DNA of 64,000 bases from an uncultured cyanobacterium (GCA_903903925.1 CAIVAU010000183.1:69-64068); one strand, 5' to 3'. Positions 29,124 through 40,574 are shown, counted from the first letter of the stretch. Notes: generated by a model from the letters alone, not told the origin. Made by a program: numbers and translations.

Positions 29124-29339
29124 GATCTATGTGTCTATCTATGTGTTATGTAAATAGAGTTCTAAAAGTTACTTAGATGGTCATGGTAAAGCTTATGTCA
29201 ATAAAGCTTCACAATAGACTACCAAATACTAAGTAATAACCCTATTGCTTTCAAGCCTTCAACATATTAGAGGTCAAACATTAAGAGAAGATTATCTTAA
29301 GTCGCACAAAACGTAAAAATATCACTTCTGATAGCATCT

Positions 29340-30926
29340 TTATAATTGTGGGGGGGAAAAATCCCCACCAGAACCATACTTCCATCCATCAATCCAGCAA
29401 TTGCCATAATATCTAGAACCGCTAGGCAAATTTTCCACCCACGGTTCTACTTTTTGACTCAACCAAAATAAAGCAGAATAAACACCCAAATTTCCATAAT
29501 GCACCATCCAATCAAGCAAATTTCCTAAACCTACTTGGGTCATCACCTTGACAATTAATCCTGGATGTGTATAAGCAGTTTTCACAAGGGTTTGTGTCAA
29601 TGCTGGAAACTGCACCACATCTTGCAAAAATGGTTTGAGTACAGGTTCGCCCAACTCCTGCATTTGTTGAAACACTACAGACAACAGTTGGTTGATTTGG
29701 TTGGGATCAATTTTCTGATTGATCCCAACGCTCATCGCCTTCTGAAATAACCAAGTCACTGATAAACTAGGTTGGTATGGTTGCAACACTGCCAACGCTT
29801 TTACAGATAATTGATCTGTTTCCAGTGCGTCGTAAATGCCAAATGTTAAACGCTGCAAGTGACGTACCATCGCGCCAAAACCACCAAAGCTTAAGGGAGA
29901 TTGATTACCGCTACTATCCCCCACTGCGAGGACGCGACTCCACGGAGTCCGTAGCGGGCTTTGACGATAGGAAGGAAAAAAACCAAACAGCGCTCGTTTA
30001 AAGGTAAGCTGGTTCAATTCAACACCTTGATATTCTGGCATCAGGCGGAGATATTCTTCAAACAAAGCTTCTAAACCCAAGCGTTGTGGATGTGCATCCA
30101 CATAAGTAAATAAGTAAGTGGTTCTACCATCTCTGGCTGGAAAAGCTTCCCAGAAATATTGGCATTGATTCTGTAACGGGGTAAAAGAATACAATAAATC
30201 CCCATTGTGGTTTTCCGGAAAACCTTGAGCACAACTTCCGACAACTAGGCAAAGCGCATCTGGTTTTTGCCCTTGGCGTATTTGCTGTGCAATTGGGGAA
30301 AGATTTCCCATTGCGTCAATGAGCAACCTAGTTTTGAATCCGTTCGCAGCCTCTACCATGACTCCGTCCGGATGAACCACCGCCCCGGAAAATGGCGTGT
30401 TTTCAAACAACTTTCCACCAGCCGCCAGAAATCGCTGCTTTAAGGTTTCTAGCAGATAAACTGGATCAACACCAATATTGAGTACATCCTGTACCCAAAT
30501 ATCTGTACCACCCAGAAAGCCCACTCTTGCTTTTGGATAAACGGTGGCGATCGCTTGTTCTAGTTCCTCATCCGTCAGCAAATCCAATTTTATGAATACT
30601 TCTAACTCTTTGCGGGAGATGTTCCACTCTTGGTCTCTACCACGGAGAACTGACCGTTCCAGCAACGCCACCCGTACTCCCTTCAAAGCTAGGGCGCAAC
30701 CAAGTAAAATGCCCAATGTCCCACCGCAGATGACAACATCCCAATCTAAAGTACCTAAGGGCTGCTGATTTTCTTTGACTATCATTGGCACAGGCGTGCT
30801 GTCATCTCTTAATGATGCCAGAGTGCGATCGGCTCGTCGCAACCCTCCTAAAACATCACCTGGTAGCTGGTAGAGAATCTCTTCTGTTAAGGTCATGACA
30901 GGCAACATATCAAGAAATTCCGACAC
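29340..30926 (-). CDS. FAD-dependent oxidoreductase, CruP/CruA-like lycopene-cyclase-family protein
   Basis: Dinucleotide-binding DVVICGGTLGILLGCALALKGVRVALLER followed by RGRDQEWNISRKELE, recalled as typical of the CruP-like family. Confidence 0.5.
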   Translation of the reverse strand: MSEFLDMLPVMTLTEEILYQLPGDVLGGLRRADRTLASLRDDSTPVPMIVKENQQPLGTLDWDVVICGGTLGILLGCALALKGVRVALLERSVLRGRDQEWNISRKELEVFIKLDLLTDEELEQAIATVYPKARVGFLGGTDIWVQDVLNIGVDPVYLLETLKQRFLAAGGKLFENTPFSGAVVHPDGVMVEAANGFKTRLLIDAMGNLSPIAQQIRQGQKPDALCLVVGSCAQGFPENHNGDLLYSFTPLQNQCQYFWEAFPARDGRTTYLFTYVDAHPQRLGLEALFEEYLRLMPEYQGVELNQLTFKRALFGFFPSYRQSPLRTPWSRVLAVGDSSGNQSPLSFGGFGAMVRHLQRLTFGIYDALETDQLSVKALAVLQPYQPSLSVTWLFQKAMSVGINQKIDPNQINQLLSVVFQQMQELGEPVLKPFLQDVVQFPALTQTLVKTAYTHPGLIVKVMTQVGLGNLLDWMVHYGNLGVYSALFWLSQKVEPWVENLPSGSRYYGNCWIDGWKYGSGGDFSPPQL

Positions 30927-30949
30927 TCGTCGTTATTAGTTTCATTCTA

Positions 30950-31017
30950 GTAGGGTGGGCAGTGCCTACCAAAACTTGGATGTAGTCAGCAAAATACATA
31001 ACCACTGCCCACCCTAC
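30950..31017. repeat. stem-loop GTAGGGTGGGCAGTG ... CACTGCCCACCCTAC between two co-directional genes
   Basis: 15-bp perfect arms with a 38-nt loop. The related palindrome GGTGGGCATTGCCCACC occurs at 40550-40566. Confidence 0.5.
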
Positions 31018-31026
31018 ACAAGCTGA

Positions 31027-31653
31027 CTACAACAAAATTAATTGACCAATGCGTTTTAACACACTTAATACCTGTTGTAATTCTGTATCGCGTTCAATTG
31101 ATAATGCATAAGAGCGAGCATATTTTGGCTTTTCTTGCCGAACTAGCTTTACAAAAACAAACTCTCTACCGTTAACAAGTAACCCAAAAGTTGGGTATTC
31201 AACATTGGGAGTATCAAGCATATAAGCCAGTGCTTGGGGTAGTGCCGTTATCACATCAAATTTAGTGCTTTTAGATTCAATAACTAGTACCCAAAGTTTT
31301 TTATTGATGACTAAAATATCAATATTGCCTTTAACAATTATGCTTTCATCTACAGCAGAAATGCGAGTGGAAGGTTCTGTTTCAATCTCGAAAGGAGGTT
31401 GATAAAAACCAGCCAAATCAAGCAGTGGAGACAGCACTACCATCTTCACTGCTTCTTCTGACATTGAACGGTGTTTTGTTAGGTTAAAATAGTTGCTTTT
31501 TACTCGCTCTAAGGACGATTTTTCGACATCATTTATTAGAGGTAAATTCTCTATCCATTCTGTGAAAAAATCAGTGTTTATAACTAACTCCAACCCAAAC
31601 TTTTCCTCCAGTTCGTAAAGACTGATCTCCCGTGCTTGGATTGTTTCTATCAT
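31027..31653 (-). CDS. PD-(D/E)XK nuclease-fold protein (HsdR-N-like)
   Basis: GNIDILVINKKLWVLVIESK gives a D...ExK motif. The start was moved to M42 (MIETIQ...) because the first 41 codons of the track ORF are encoded by a dispersed repeat. Confidence 0.5.
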   Translation of the reverse strand: MIETIQAREISLYELEEKFGLELVINTDFFTEWIENLPLINDVEKSSLERVKSNYFNLTKHRSMSEEAVKMVVLSPLLDLAGFYQPPFEIETEPSTRISAVDESIIVKGNIDILVINKKLWVLVIESKSTKFDVITALPQALAYMLDTPNVEYPTFGLLVNGREFVFVKLVRQEKPKYARSYALSIERDTELQQVLSVLKRIGQLILL

Positions 31654-31690
31654 AATTAATTTGGCAACAAGAAATACATTATCATTATAT

Positions 31691-31789
31691 ACTAGTGGTC
31701 TGTCAAATTCATTTTCACGGGTTGGTAGTGTGAGCGTCTCGCTCACGAAGCGAGCTTTCCGGCTCGCACTACCCATCAGAATTAATGAT
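31691..31789. repeat. MITE-like element carrying the Y repeat (inverted orientation)
   Basis: Outer arms ACTAGTGGTCTGTCAAATTCATTTTCACGGGTTGG / CCCATCAGAATTAATGA match the outer arms of the copies at 36820-37024. Confidence 0.7.
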
Positions 31790-31837
31790 TTATTCGTTGA
31801 AATCCTTGGTAGGGGCGCGGCAGCCTTGCGCCCCTAC
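31781..31837. repeat. dispersed hairpin repeat, copy 2 (see 925-979)
   Basis: ATTAATGATTTATTCGTTGAAATCCTTGGTAGGGGCGCGGCAGCCTTGCGCCCCTAC. Confidence 0.6.
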
Positions 31838-31851
31838 TGAAAGAATCCCCC

Positions 31852-32484
31852 TCAATTTGACCAGCTAGGGGGGATATAAGTTGAATACTTGCCAGTAGAC
31901 GACGACTTTTTACAAACTGGACCTTTGCCCGCATTAGGTAAGCTAGCAAGTGTATAGCTGGTACCGTTGATGGTGAAGGTTGGTGGAAGAGTGCTTCCTT
32001 TTGAGGCGCGAAGTAAGGCATTACCACACTGATTCACAGTAATACTTCTCAACGAATCAGCCATGACTGTAATCGAGACTGAAGTACTGGGGGTTTTCCC
32101 GACTATGACAACTTGCCCTTTCGGAGTCTTGAAATTAGCTGTTCTAGCCTCTGTAAAAGTGCCATTCTTACAAGTTGGTAGTGTCTGAACCGGAAGAGAC
32201 GCATAATCAATTGCCGTTCCATCGACGTTGAGTCCAGTAAAATTAGGATTGCCTTTAGGGATGGAAATTCTCACGTCACCACAAGCAGCAGAAAGTTTCG
32301 ATACTGTTTTACTGACTTGACCTAGGTCAACTGCTACCTTACTGCCAGGGTTGCCATTGATGTAGACTGTGGTGATTCCATTCTCGGTTGCTTTGTATAC
32401 TGCGCTGCCGTTGTATTGGATGGCAGAGGCGGGGGCTAAAGCAAAAATACTTAAAAAAAAGCCAGCTATAAACTTAACTTTCAT
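31852..32484 (-). CDS. secreted hypothetical protein
   Basis: Signal peptide MKVKFIAGFFLSIFALAPASA. 210 aa with four Cys. No family recognised. Confidence 0.55.
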   Translation of the reverse strand: MKVKFIAGFFLSIFALAPASAIQYNGSAVYKATENGITTVYINGNPGSKVAVDLGQVSKTVSKLSAACGDVRISIPKGNPNFTGLNVDGTAIDYASLPVQTLPTCKNGTFTEARTANFKTPKGQVVIVGKTPSTSVSITVMADSLRSITVNQCGNALLRASKGSTLPPTFTINGTSYTLASLPNAGKGPVCKKSSSTGKYSTYIPPSWSN

Positions 32485-32747
32485 ATTCTCATCGCACCAT
32501 TAATATCTGAATGAAGTGAAGTACCACGCCTTAAGAAGACGGGGAATTCCGTGAAATATGTTAAATCTATGTTAGAAACAATTTTCACTTTCTCAATTAG
32601 GAGAAACCCTGAAATAAATTTGAAAAAGAGGTAAGACCACCGGGCGAACGGTCATATCCTACGGGAACGCCTAAAGGCGAACACCCTGACAAACTGAAGT
32701 TTTTTTCTTCCCCTACTCCCCACTCCCTTTTCATCCCGCCATCTAAC

Positions 32748-34553
32748 TCAAAATCTTGTAGAGATTGGTTCAGGTTGGTGAACTGGGATTTGAATGACAA
32801 ATTTGGTTCCTTTTCCCAAGGCGGAATCACACCAAATCTTGCCGTTATGCTTTTGCGTGATAATCTGGTAGGTGATAGATAAACCTAAGCCCGTACCTTT
32901 ACCAATTGGCTTAGTTGTAAAGAAAGGATCAAAAATTCGCGATCGCACGGTTTCAGGTATCCCTGAACCGTTGTCTGTAATTGTGATCTGCACGAGATTC
33001 TTTGCCGTCACTTGAGTTGAAATCCAAATTGTATCGGGCTGTGTTTGTCGATAGTCTTTATTTTGCTGTCGTGAAGAGTCATCTAGCACATCAATAGCAT
33101 TTACCAATAAATTCATCAATACCTGGTTGAGTTGTCCAGGATAACAGTCAACTAACGGCAATTTACCGTAATCCTTAACCACCTCAATTGCCGGAGATTC
33201 TGGTCTTACCTGGAGGCGATGTTGCAAAATCAGCAGTGTACTGTCAATGCCTTCATGAAGGTCAACTGCTTTGAATTCAGCTTCATCTATGCGGGAGAAG
33301 TTGCGCAGAGATAAGACAATTTCCCGAATCCGCTCAGTACCGACATCCATTGATTGCACAAGCTTAATCAGGTCTTCAAGAAGAAAATCGAGATCCATCT
33401 CATCTAGGGTTGCTTGGAGTGTATCCGGCGGATTCGGATAATGAGCTTGATACGCCTGAATCACCTTAGCTAGATCTTGGGTATAGCGTTCAATATAGGT
33501 AATGTTGCCATAAATAAAATTAATCGGGTTGTTAATTTCATGCGCAACCCCAGCAACGACCTGTCCCAGACTCGACATTTTTTCAGATTGAATTAAATTA
33601 ACCTGAGTATCTTTAAGTTCTCTAGTATAGGTAGCAACCCATTCAATCAATTGATTGAGTGCATTTGCTAGTGTACCAACCTCATCTCTCGTCAGGACTG
33701 GAGCTCTCAAATTTGTGTTCGCATCACAAGTGACTTGTTGTGCCACATTCGTGAGAGATTCTAAAGGACGAGAGATAGCTTGACTAGTAAAAATTGCCAG
33801 CAAGCTAGCAGCAATAACTGAAGCAATAAGACTGCCTAGAATAATCTGCATTCGTAGAACTTCCGTGTATTGCAGATCCTTCTGAGCGTTCAGGATATCC
33901 TTGTCTACTTCAATTGCTACATCATCAATTTTATATGCAAATTGAATAATCTCATCAAAATTATGACCATTGACCACATCCAAAATGCGTTGCTTAATCA
34001 GGTTGTTATTGTTTTTTGACCGTTGAAGTAACAAGCTTTCCTGGACAAGTGTCTGAAACTCTAGAGAAAATGTTGATAGAGTCTTTTGGAATTCTTGCAA
34101 CTCGGAACGAAAATTCCTCAATGCTTGAGTTTTTGATGTCTCCAGTTGAGTAACTGATTGTTGAATGTGGTTAATTCGGGTAATAATTTTGTTGCTCGCT
34201 TGTCGAAAAACTGCTGAATTTTGCACAAAAGGTGTCAATTCTTTTGCTGGTCGATTTTGAAGAATCATTACCTGTAACTTATTGAGGCACTTTTGTTCTT
34301 GATAAGTTGTTGTTAATTTTTGGATTGTTTGTTCGTAATAATAATTTCCTACAATCAGTCCAGCTAATGTTCCAACCACTGGGATACACAGTACTAGGGC
34401 ATAACCAAAAGTAATCTTTGTTCTGACTGTAAAAGATCCAAGTCTTCTAGATTTTTGGTATCCGGATTCAGGCAAATGCGATACTTTTTTGGCTGCAGAG
34501 TGACCGTGATTATCCGATGAGCGAAAAAGCATGATGTTGACAGATAAAACCAT
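32748..34553 (-). CDS. sensor histidine kinase (2 TM, HAMP, HisKA/HATPase)
   Basis: H-box [19 protein letters not shown]-box LVNAID, G-boxes DNGSGIP and GTGLGLS. Confidence 0.9.
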   Translation of the reverse strand: MVLSVNIMLFRSSDNHGHSAAKKVSHLPESGYQKSRRLGSFTVRTKITFGYALVLCIPVVGTLAGLIVGNYYYEQTIQKLTTTYQEQKCLNKLQVMILQNRPAKELTPFVQNSAVFRQASNKIITRINHIQQSVTQLETSKTQALRNFRSELQEFQKTLSTFSLEFQTLVQESLLLQRSKNNNNLIKQRILDVVNGHNFDEIIQFAYKIDDVAIEVDKDILNAQKDLQYTEVLRMQIILGSLIASVIAASLLAIFTSQAISRPLESLTNVAQQVTCDANTNLRAPVLTRDEVGTLANALNQLIEWVATYTRELKDTQVNLIQSEKMSSLGQVVAGVAHEINNPINFIYGNITYIERYTQDLAKVIQAYQAHYPNPPDTLQATLDEMDLDFLLEDLIKLVQSMDVGTERIREIVLSLRNFSRIDEAEFKAVDLHEGIDSTLLILQHRLQVRPESPAIEVVKDYGKLPLVDCYPGQLNQVLMNLLVNAIDVLDDSSRQQNKDYRQTQPDTIWISTQVTAKNLVQITITDNGSGIPETVRSRIFDPFFTTKPIGKGTGLGLSITYQIITQKHNGKIWCDSALGKGTKFVIQIPVHQPEPISTRF

Positions 34554-34740
34554 TCAGCTTGTCTTGTTTTATGGTTCCCATTCACTGTACGGGGCAAACA
34601 TTGTCGTGCTATCACACCTATCCCAGGCAGATCGTAAAACCCTACACTGCATGGTTTTTCATCCTTAAAAGTCTTTTTAAAGTTTTTAGCCTGAAGCGAG
34701 AGTAGGGTGTGGGGAATGTTTAAATCCCCCTCCATTAATT

Positions 34741-34770
34741 CTGAGTCCTGACTCCTGACTCCTGACTCCT
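34741..34770. repeat. heptamer array (CTGACTC-type, about 4 units)
   Basis: CTGAGTCCTGACTCCTGACTCCTGACTCCT, immediately 3' of the ABC-F stop. Confidence 0.85.
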
Positions 34771-34773
34771 TGT

Positions 34774-36705
34774 CTAAGACTCAACTTCAGCCAATTCCAT
34801 CCAGCGTTCAGTCGCCACATCTATCGCTTGCTTTAGGGCTTCCACCTGTTCGTAGAGTTTTTGCACTTGGGTATAACTCCCTGGAGAGATATTGACCAAC
34901 GCTTTCTCTGCTTCTGCTTTCTCTGCTTCTAGTTGGGCAATTTTGCCTTCCAACTGTTCAAATTCCCGCTTTTCCCAATTTGATAGTCCTCGCCGCTTTT
35001 TGTTTTCGGTCTCTTTGGGTAGAGATGTTGCACGCAATGTCTCTACATTTTTCGGTTTTTCCTTAGTATTAGCAATTTCTTGTAGCTTTTCTTCCTCTAC
35101 TTTTTTGTAGTCCAGATAAACAGAGTAATTTCCCGGATATTGCCGGATATTGCCGAGTTCTTCTAGGGCAAAAATTGTGTCTACAGTGCGGTCGAGAAAG
35201 TAGCGATCGTGAGAAACGACAATAACGCAACCGGAAAAATCTTCTAAATATTCTTCTAGAACTGCCAACGTCTGCACGTCTAAATCATTTGTTGGTTCAT
35301 CTAATATTAAAACATTCGGCGCACTCATCAGAATACGCAGCAGAAACAACCGTCGTTTTTCACCACCTGAAAGTTTATTAATTGGAGCATACTGTTGGTT
35401 TCCAGGGAACAGAAAACGCTCTAACATTTGAGAAGCACTAATTTTAGTGCCGTCAGCTATATTGACGAATTCCCCTTCTTCTTTAATATAGTCAATCACG
35501 CGCTGATTTTCGTTCAACGCTGTGAGCAATTCCTCTGAATGCTGGTCAAAGTAACCGATATGAATTGTAGAACCAATTTCTACACTCCCCGAATCTGGCT
35601 GAATGCGGCCTGTAATCATATCCATTAATGTAGATTTACCTGCGCCGTTCCCACCGATAATACCGATCCGGTCTTCTGGGCTGAATTCGTAGGTAAAATC
35701 CTTAATTAAGGTACGTCCATTATACCCTTTAGATATGTGATTCAGTTCAATAACTTTTTTACCGATACGACGACCTGCTGTAGCAATATCGACTTTACCC
35801 TGAATTTGTTTAAACTCAGTTTGCTGCAAAGCATGAGCGCGATCAATTCTAGCTTTTTGTTTCGTACTCCGGGCTTTTGGACCTCGCTTTAGCCATTCCA
35901 ACTCGCGCCGCAATAGACCTTGATGTTTGCGTTGACTGCTAATTGCAGATTCTTCAGCCAGGGCTTTCTTTTCCAAATAATAGGAATAGTTACCTGCGTA
36001 GGTGTATATGTCTCCTCTGTCAATTTCGATGATCCGATTGGTAACGCGATCTAGAAAGTAGCGATCGTGAGTTATGAGTAGCAGTGCGCCGCGATAGCGG
36101 TTCAAATAACTCTGCAACCACTCAACAGAAAGTGCATCCAGATGGTTGGTCGGCTCATCCATGAGCAACAAATCTGGTTCTGCTAGCAAAGCCGTAGCTA
36201 AAGCAATACGTTTGCGATAACCACCAGACAACGTACCGATGATCGCATTATAGTCTGTAATCCCTAACTTTGAGAGGATGATTTTAGCATTAGTTTCTAG
36301 TTCCCAAGCACCTGTTGCTTCCATCCGCTGCATCAGGGAGGAGAAACGTGTCATCAGTTGCTTATCTTCTGGTGTGTAGGCTAATTGATCAGAAAGTTCC
36401 TCATACTCACGCACCAAAGTCCATTGTTCGCCACTGTCAGCGAAGACCTGCTCTAAAACTGTACGATTTTCATCTAAGTCTGGTTGCTGGGGCAGGTAGA
36501 TGATTTTAGCACCAGAGTTGACTAAAATTTGACCACTATCTATCGTTTCTAGTCCTGCTATCATTTTTAACAATGTTGACTTACCAGAACCGTTAGTGCC
36601 AATTAAGCCGACTTTATCTGTAGCATCGAGACTAAAGCTGGCATCTCTTAAAATTTCCTTGATGCCAAAGTCTTTTTTAACGGATTGTAGTGTAGTCAGA
36701 CTCAT
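34774..36705 (-). CDS. ABC-F family ATPase (Uup-like, two NBDs plus C-terminal coiled coil)
   Basis: Two Walker A sites (GTNGSGKST, GGNGAGKST), two LSGG signatures, no TM domain, Lys/Glu-rich tail. Confidence 0.93.
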   Translation of the reverse strand: MSLTTLQSVKKDFGIKEILRDASFSLDATDKVGLIGTNGSGKSTLLKMIAGLETIDSGQILVNSGAKIIYLPQQPDLDENRTVLEQVFADSGEQWTLVREYEELSDQLAYTPEDKQLMTRFSSLMQRMEATGAWELETNAKIILSKLGITDYNAIIGTLSGGYRKRIALATALLAEPDLLLMDEPTNHLDALSVEWLQSYLNRYRGALLLITHDRYFLDRVTNRIIEIDRGDIYTYAGNYSYYLEKKALAEESAISSQRKHQGLLRRELEWLKRGPKARSTKQKARIDRAHALQQTEFKQIQGKVDIATAGRRIGKKVIELNHISKGYNGRTLIKDFTYEFSPEDRIGIIGGNGAGKSTLMDMITGRIQPDSGSVEIGSTIHIGYFDQHSEELLTALNENQRVIDYIKEEGEFVNIADGTKISASQMLERFLFPGNQQYAPINKLSGGEKRRLFLLRILMSAPNVLILDEPTNDLDVQTLAVLEEYLEDFSGCVIVVSHDRYFLDRTVDTIFALEELGNIRQYPGNYSVYLDYKKVEEEKLQEIANTKEKPKNVETLRATSLPKETENKKRRGLSNWEKREFEQLEGKIAQLEAEKAEAEKALVNISPGSYTQVQKLYEQVEALKQAIDVATERWMELAEVES

Positions 36706-36719
36706 AATAATTTTGGATT

Positions 36720-37052
36720 GGGGAGTGGGGAGTGGGGAGTGGGGAGTGGAGAATTGGTAATGGACTATGGGCTATGGGCTATGGAAAAAGGTTGAAATTT
36801 TCCCTACTCTTTACTCGTCCATGTCATTAATTTTGCTGGGTTCGTAGTTCTTGGAGTTAAGGACTAAAGTCCTTACTACGAACTTCTCAACCCGTGAGAA
36901 TTAATGACACAGACCACTACTAGTTCATGTCATTAATTTTGATGGGTAGTGCGAGCCGGAAAGCTCGCTTTGTGAGCGAGACACTCACACTACCAACCCG
37001 TCAAAATTAATCACACAGACCACTACTCCCCACTCCCTACTCCCCACTCTCA
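36720..37052. repeat. composite repeat: (GGGGAGT)x4, (GGCTATG)x3, two tandem MITE-like units (36820-36920, 36926-37024), then an inverted ACTCCCC array
   Basis: Read directly. The two units share outer arms CATGTCATTAATTTTG.. / ..AATTAATGACACAGACCACTAC but have different hairpin cores. Confidence 0.85.
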
Positions 37053-37055
37053 ATT

Positions 37056-37520
37056 CTAGACAAATAAATCCAAGGGCAAATGTCCGTACAATTCGTTCAC
37101 GCCTCCTTCAGAGTAAGACTGGCAAGATATAAGTACACCGCGATGGTGTCCGGAATAGGAATCGAGATAACACAAGCCGTTTTTGCCGTTTAGTTTGATA
37201 TAGACTGGACCTTCAATGATGGGCAAATTGCTTGGTGGTTCATATCCCAAGGGTAAGGAATAAGTTTTCATGGCTAGCATTCCTTCTTCTGCTGTATCAG
37301 CACAAATACCTAAAATCTGATAATCGGAAAGTCTGGTTAGCAAAAGTAAAGCCTGACGGATGATAGTTTTTTCTGATGGCTTTAGGGGTGGTGCAATGTC
37401 TATACAGTTGAACTTATTAAGAATTTTTTTAGCTTCTTGAACGGTAAGATGGTTTTGATGCTTGCTTGTCATAAATTTATTTATTATTCCTGATTGTGTG
37501 CTTTTGTCTGAAGTAGGCAT
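37056..37520 (-). CDS. conserved hypothetical protein (possibly DUF1824 family)
   Basis: 154-aa ORF. The family is recalled only loosely from ILGICADTAEEG...GVLISCQS. Confidence 0.4.
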   Translation of the reverse strand: MPTSDKSTQSGIINKFMTSKHQNHLTVQEAKKILNKFNCIDIAPPLKPSEKTIIRQALLLLTRLSDYQILGICADTAEEGMLAMKTYSLPLGYEPPSNLPIIEGPVYIKLNGKNGLCYLDSYSGHHRGVLISCQSYSEGGVNELYGHLPLDLFV

Positions 37521-37796
37521 TGCTCACTCTACAATTTCCACTTGGGGTTAATTTTGGATATTACCTAGATGAAGATCCAGCGTGCGTGCAGTACATATGT
37601 TTGTGTTTCCCTCCGTAAGCGACTGGAGTTCTGTGAGTAAACGAGACGGATGAATCCGAGGATAGCAAATAATCAAATGTTTTTCTCCAACCTGACTAAA
37701 GTTCAGTTGCTGAAGGCTGGATGCTAATCCTACACTATCAAGACCGTCTTTTGTGGTAATATTTCAATTTAGGGTAACTGCATACTACATACAGAT

Positions 37797-39602
37797 GTGT
37801 CTACGCTATTTAAATCTCGTTCGGTATCAAGACGATCGCCTTCAGTCCATCCTCTCAAGCGCTTGCTTGACTATGGACACCAGTATCGTCAACAAATTTG
37901 GCTAGCAACGACTTGTTCGATCCTCAATAAACTGTTTGACTTAGCACCACCAGGGTTGATTGGCATTGCCGTGGATGTGGTGGTAAAACAGCAAGATTCT
38001 ATCATTGCTCAATGGGGAGTGAAAGATGTTTTTGGGCAATTTTTGATTCTTTCCTTCCTGACTGTCATTATTTGGATACTAGAATCGGTTTTTGAATATG
38101 CCTTCGCCCTAGCTTGGCGCAATTTGGCACAAAATATTCAGCATGATTTGCGTCTGGATGCTTACAAGCATTTACAAGAGTTGGAACTGGCATATTTTGA
38201 AGAACGTAGCACAGGCGGTTTGATGTCGATACTGAGTGATGATATTAACCAACTAGAACGCTTTTTGGACGTAGGAGCTAATGACATTCTACAAGTTTTG
38301 ACAACGGTCGTCATTATTGGCGGTGCTTTCTTTATTTTGGCTCCTAGTGTGGCATGGATGTCAATGTTACCGATCCCATTTATCCTTTGGGGTTCGTTTG
38401 CTTATCAGGATTTGCTTGCGCCTCGCTACGCTGATGTTAGAGAGAAGGTAGGTTTACTCAACTCCCGTCTATCAAACAATTTGAGTGGTATTACGACGAT
38501 CAAAAGTTTCACGACGGAAGATTACGAAATCTCACGTCTCGCAAAAGAAAGTCAAGCCTATCGCCAGAGTAATCGTAAAGCAATTAGACTCTCTGCGGCA
38601 TTCGTTCCGGTCATTCGGATGCTGATTTTGGTAGGATTCACAGCACTACTGTTGTATGGTGGGATGGCAGCAGTTCACGGCATAATCTCTGTAGGCACTT
38701 ACAGCGTGTTAGTGTTTTTAATTCAGCGTTTGCTGTGGCCTTTAACTAGATTAGGCGAAACCTTTGACCAATATCAACGGGCGATGGCTTCTACTAATCG
38801 AGTCATGGATTTGTTAGATACTCCTATTGCTATTCCTACGGGCAATGTTTCTTTGCCATTAGATGCAGTACGCGGAGAATTAGAGTTTGAAAATATCACT
38901 TTTGCCTATAAGGATAGGTCACCTGTGGTAAAAAATCTATCTTTGCATATTCCTGCTGGCAAAACAATTGCCATTGTTGGTTCTACTGGTTCTGGTAAAA
39001 GCACTTTAGTTAAACTTCTATTGCGATTGTACGAGGTGAGTTTGGGAACCATTACGCTAGATGGCATTGATATCCAAAGGTTAAATTTACGAGATTTGCG
39101 GCGCTGTATTGGCTTGGTGAGTCAGGATGTGTTTTTATTTCATGGTACTGTAGCAGAGAATATTGCCTACGGTAGCCTTGATGCCACAGAGCAAGAAATC
39201 ATTAGGGCGGCTAAAATTGCTGAGGCACATGAATTTATTATGCGACTGCCCGAAGGTTATGAGACGATAGTCGGCGAACGGGGGCAGAAGTTGTCTGGTG
39301 GACAACGACAGCGGATAGCGATCGCCCGCGCTGTCTTGAAAAATCCCCCAATTTTGATTTTAGATGAAGCCACATCGGCGGTGGATAATGAAACAGAGGC
39401 AGCAATTCAGCGATCGCTTGAACGGATCACGGTCAATAGAACGACAATTGCGATCGCCCATCGTCTTTCCACCATTCGCAATGCTGATCGCATTTATGTC
39501 ATGGAACACGGAAAATTAGTCGAGTCAGGAACCCATGAAGCATTGCTGGAGGAAAACGGCATTTATGCGAGTCTCTGGCGTGTCCAGTCGGGTTTAAGGT
39601 AA
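37797..39602 (+). CDS. ABC exporter, fused permease/ATPase (MsbA/HepA-like type I exporter)
   Basis: Six-TM N-terminal domain, Walker [39 protein letters not shown] start. Confidence 0.9.
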   Translation: MSTLFKSRSVSRRSPSVHPLKRLLDYGHQYRQQIWLATTCSILNKLFDLAPPGLIGIAVDVVVKQQDSIIAQWGVKDVFGQFLILSFLTVIIWILESVFEYAFALAWRNLAQNIQHDLRLDAYKHLQELELAYFEERSTGGLMSILSDDINQLERFLDVGANDILQVLTTVVIIGGAFFILAPSVAWMSMLPIPFILWGSFAYQDLLAPRYADVREKVGLLNSRLSNNLSGITTIKSFTTEDYEISRLAKESQAYRQSNRKAIRLSAAFVPVIRMLILVGFTALLLYGGMAAVHGIISVGTYSVLVFLIQRLLWPLTRLGETFDQYQRAMASTNRVMDLLDTPIAIPTGNVSLPLDAVRGELEFENITFAYKDRSPVVKNLSLHIPAGKTIAIVGSTGSGKSTLVKLLLRLYEVSLGTITLDGIDIQRLNLRDLRRCIGLVSQDVFLFHGTVAENIAYGSLDATEQEIIRAAKIAEAHEFIMRLPEGYETIVGERGQKLSGGQRQRIAIARAVLKNPPILILDEATSAVDNETEAAIQRSLERITVNRTTIAIAHRLSTIRNADRIYVMEHGKLVESGTHEALLEENGIYASLWRVQSGLR

Positions 39603-39627
39603 ATAATAATATAGTGAAAAACAAACC

Positions 39628-40005
39628 ATGACAACTATTGAGATTCTTTCAGAAGTAATTGCTGAGCAAACAATTTATCGGGCAATCTGTGGAGTGCAAC
39701 AGGCTACTGGTGCGACACCTGGTCAAGCACTCGATATGCTTGAGAGAGATTTAGCAACACAAGGGCTGGGAGCAAATAGTGAAACAGTTATCATTGTGCA
39801 AAGGTTTCGTCCCGATAATTTCTTTACTGTCTCCCAGCAATTACGCTTACGAGAACTAATGGATCAATTTCACCAAGCTAGCGCTGTTGGAGAGCTATTT
39901 CCTCAAGCACAGAAGGAAGAATTAGAGCAATTAGTGGATAGCGAATTGCAAGCAGCTATAGAACGATCTGAAGCTATCATCAAAGAAACTCAGAGTGAAT
40001 CCTAA
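39628..40005 (+). CDS. small helical protein, upstream partner of the HNH nuclease (copy 2)
   Basis: 125-aa ORF overlapping the HNH start by 11 nt. The C-terminal GELFPQAQKEELEQLV resembles the ORF at 557-811. Confidence 0.5.
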   Translation: MTTIEILSEVIAEQTIYRAICGVQQATGATPGQALDMLERDLATQGLGANSETVIIVQRFRPDNFFTVSQQLRLRELMDQFHQASAVGELFPQAQKEELEQLVDSELQAAIERSEAIIKETQSES

Positions 40006-40399
40006 CTATCCTCTCGTAGCCCAACGAGCAAAACATCAATGTGAATACTGCCATGCACCAGAAGTTATCTTCAACGTTGCTTTTGAGGTAGACCACATTA
40101 TTCCTCTTGCCAAAAGTGGCTCGGATAATTTACAAAATTTGGCGCTTGCTTGCCGCATTTGTAATCTCCGTAAGTTGGATTATATCGACGGAGTTGATTC
40201 AGTAACTCAGCAACAAGTACGTTTGTTTAACCCTCGAACTGATGTTTGGGAAGACCATTTTGCAGTGCAACAAGAACCCCCTTTCAATCTGGAAGGCAAA
40301 ACATCAATCGGTCGTGCTACTGTAGATAGGCTAGGAATGAATGCTTCTTTACAGCTTAGAGCCAGAGCGCTATGGATAGCATTAAGAATTTTTGGTTAA
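39995..40399 (+). CDS. short HNH endonuclease (134 aa)
   Basis: CEYCH...DHIIPLAKSGSDNLQNLALACRICNLRK, followed by FNPRTDVWEDHF. Confidence 0.85.
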   Translation: MNPNYPLVAQRAKHQCEYCHAPEVIFNVAFEVDHIIPLAKSGSDNLQNLALACRICNLRKLDYIDGVDSVTQQQVRLFNPRTDVWEDHFAVQQEPPFNLEGKTSIGRATVDRLGMNASLQLRARALWIALRIFG

Positions 40400-40574
40400 A
40401 TTCCCTAATTTTGATTTTATGCAAATAGACTCAACTGTTCACCTAGTCTTCCTTCCTGCATTAGCCGATTTCTTCCCTTATTAAGCAGTTGATAAAATAT
40501 TTCGCAGGTTACGGAAATCATTTAAGCGTATTATTTTTCCACAATTATCGGTGGGCATTGCCCACCCTACTTGC

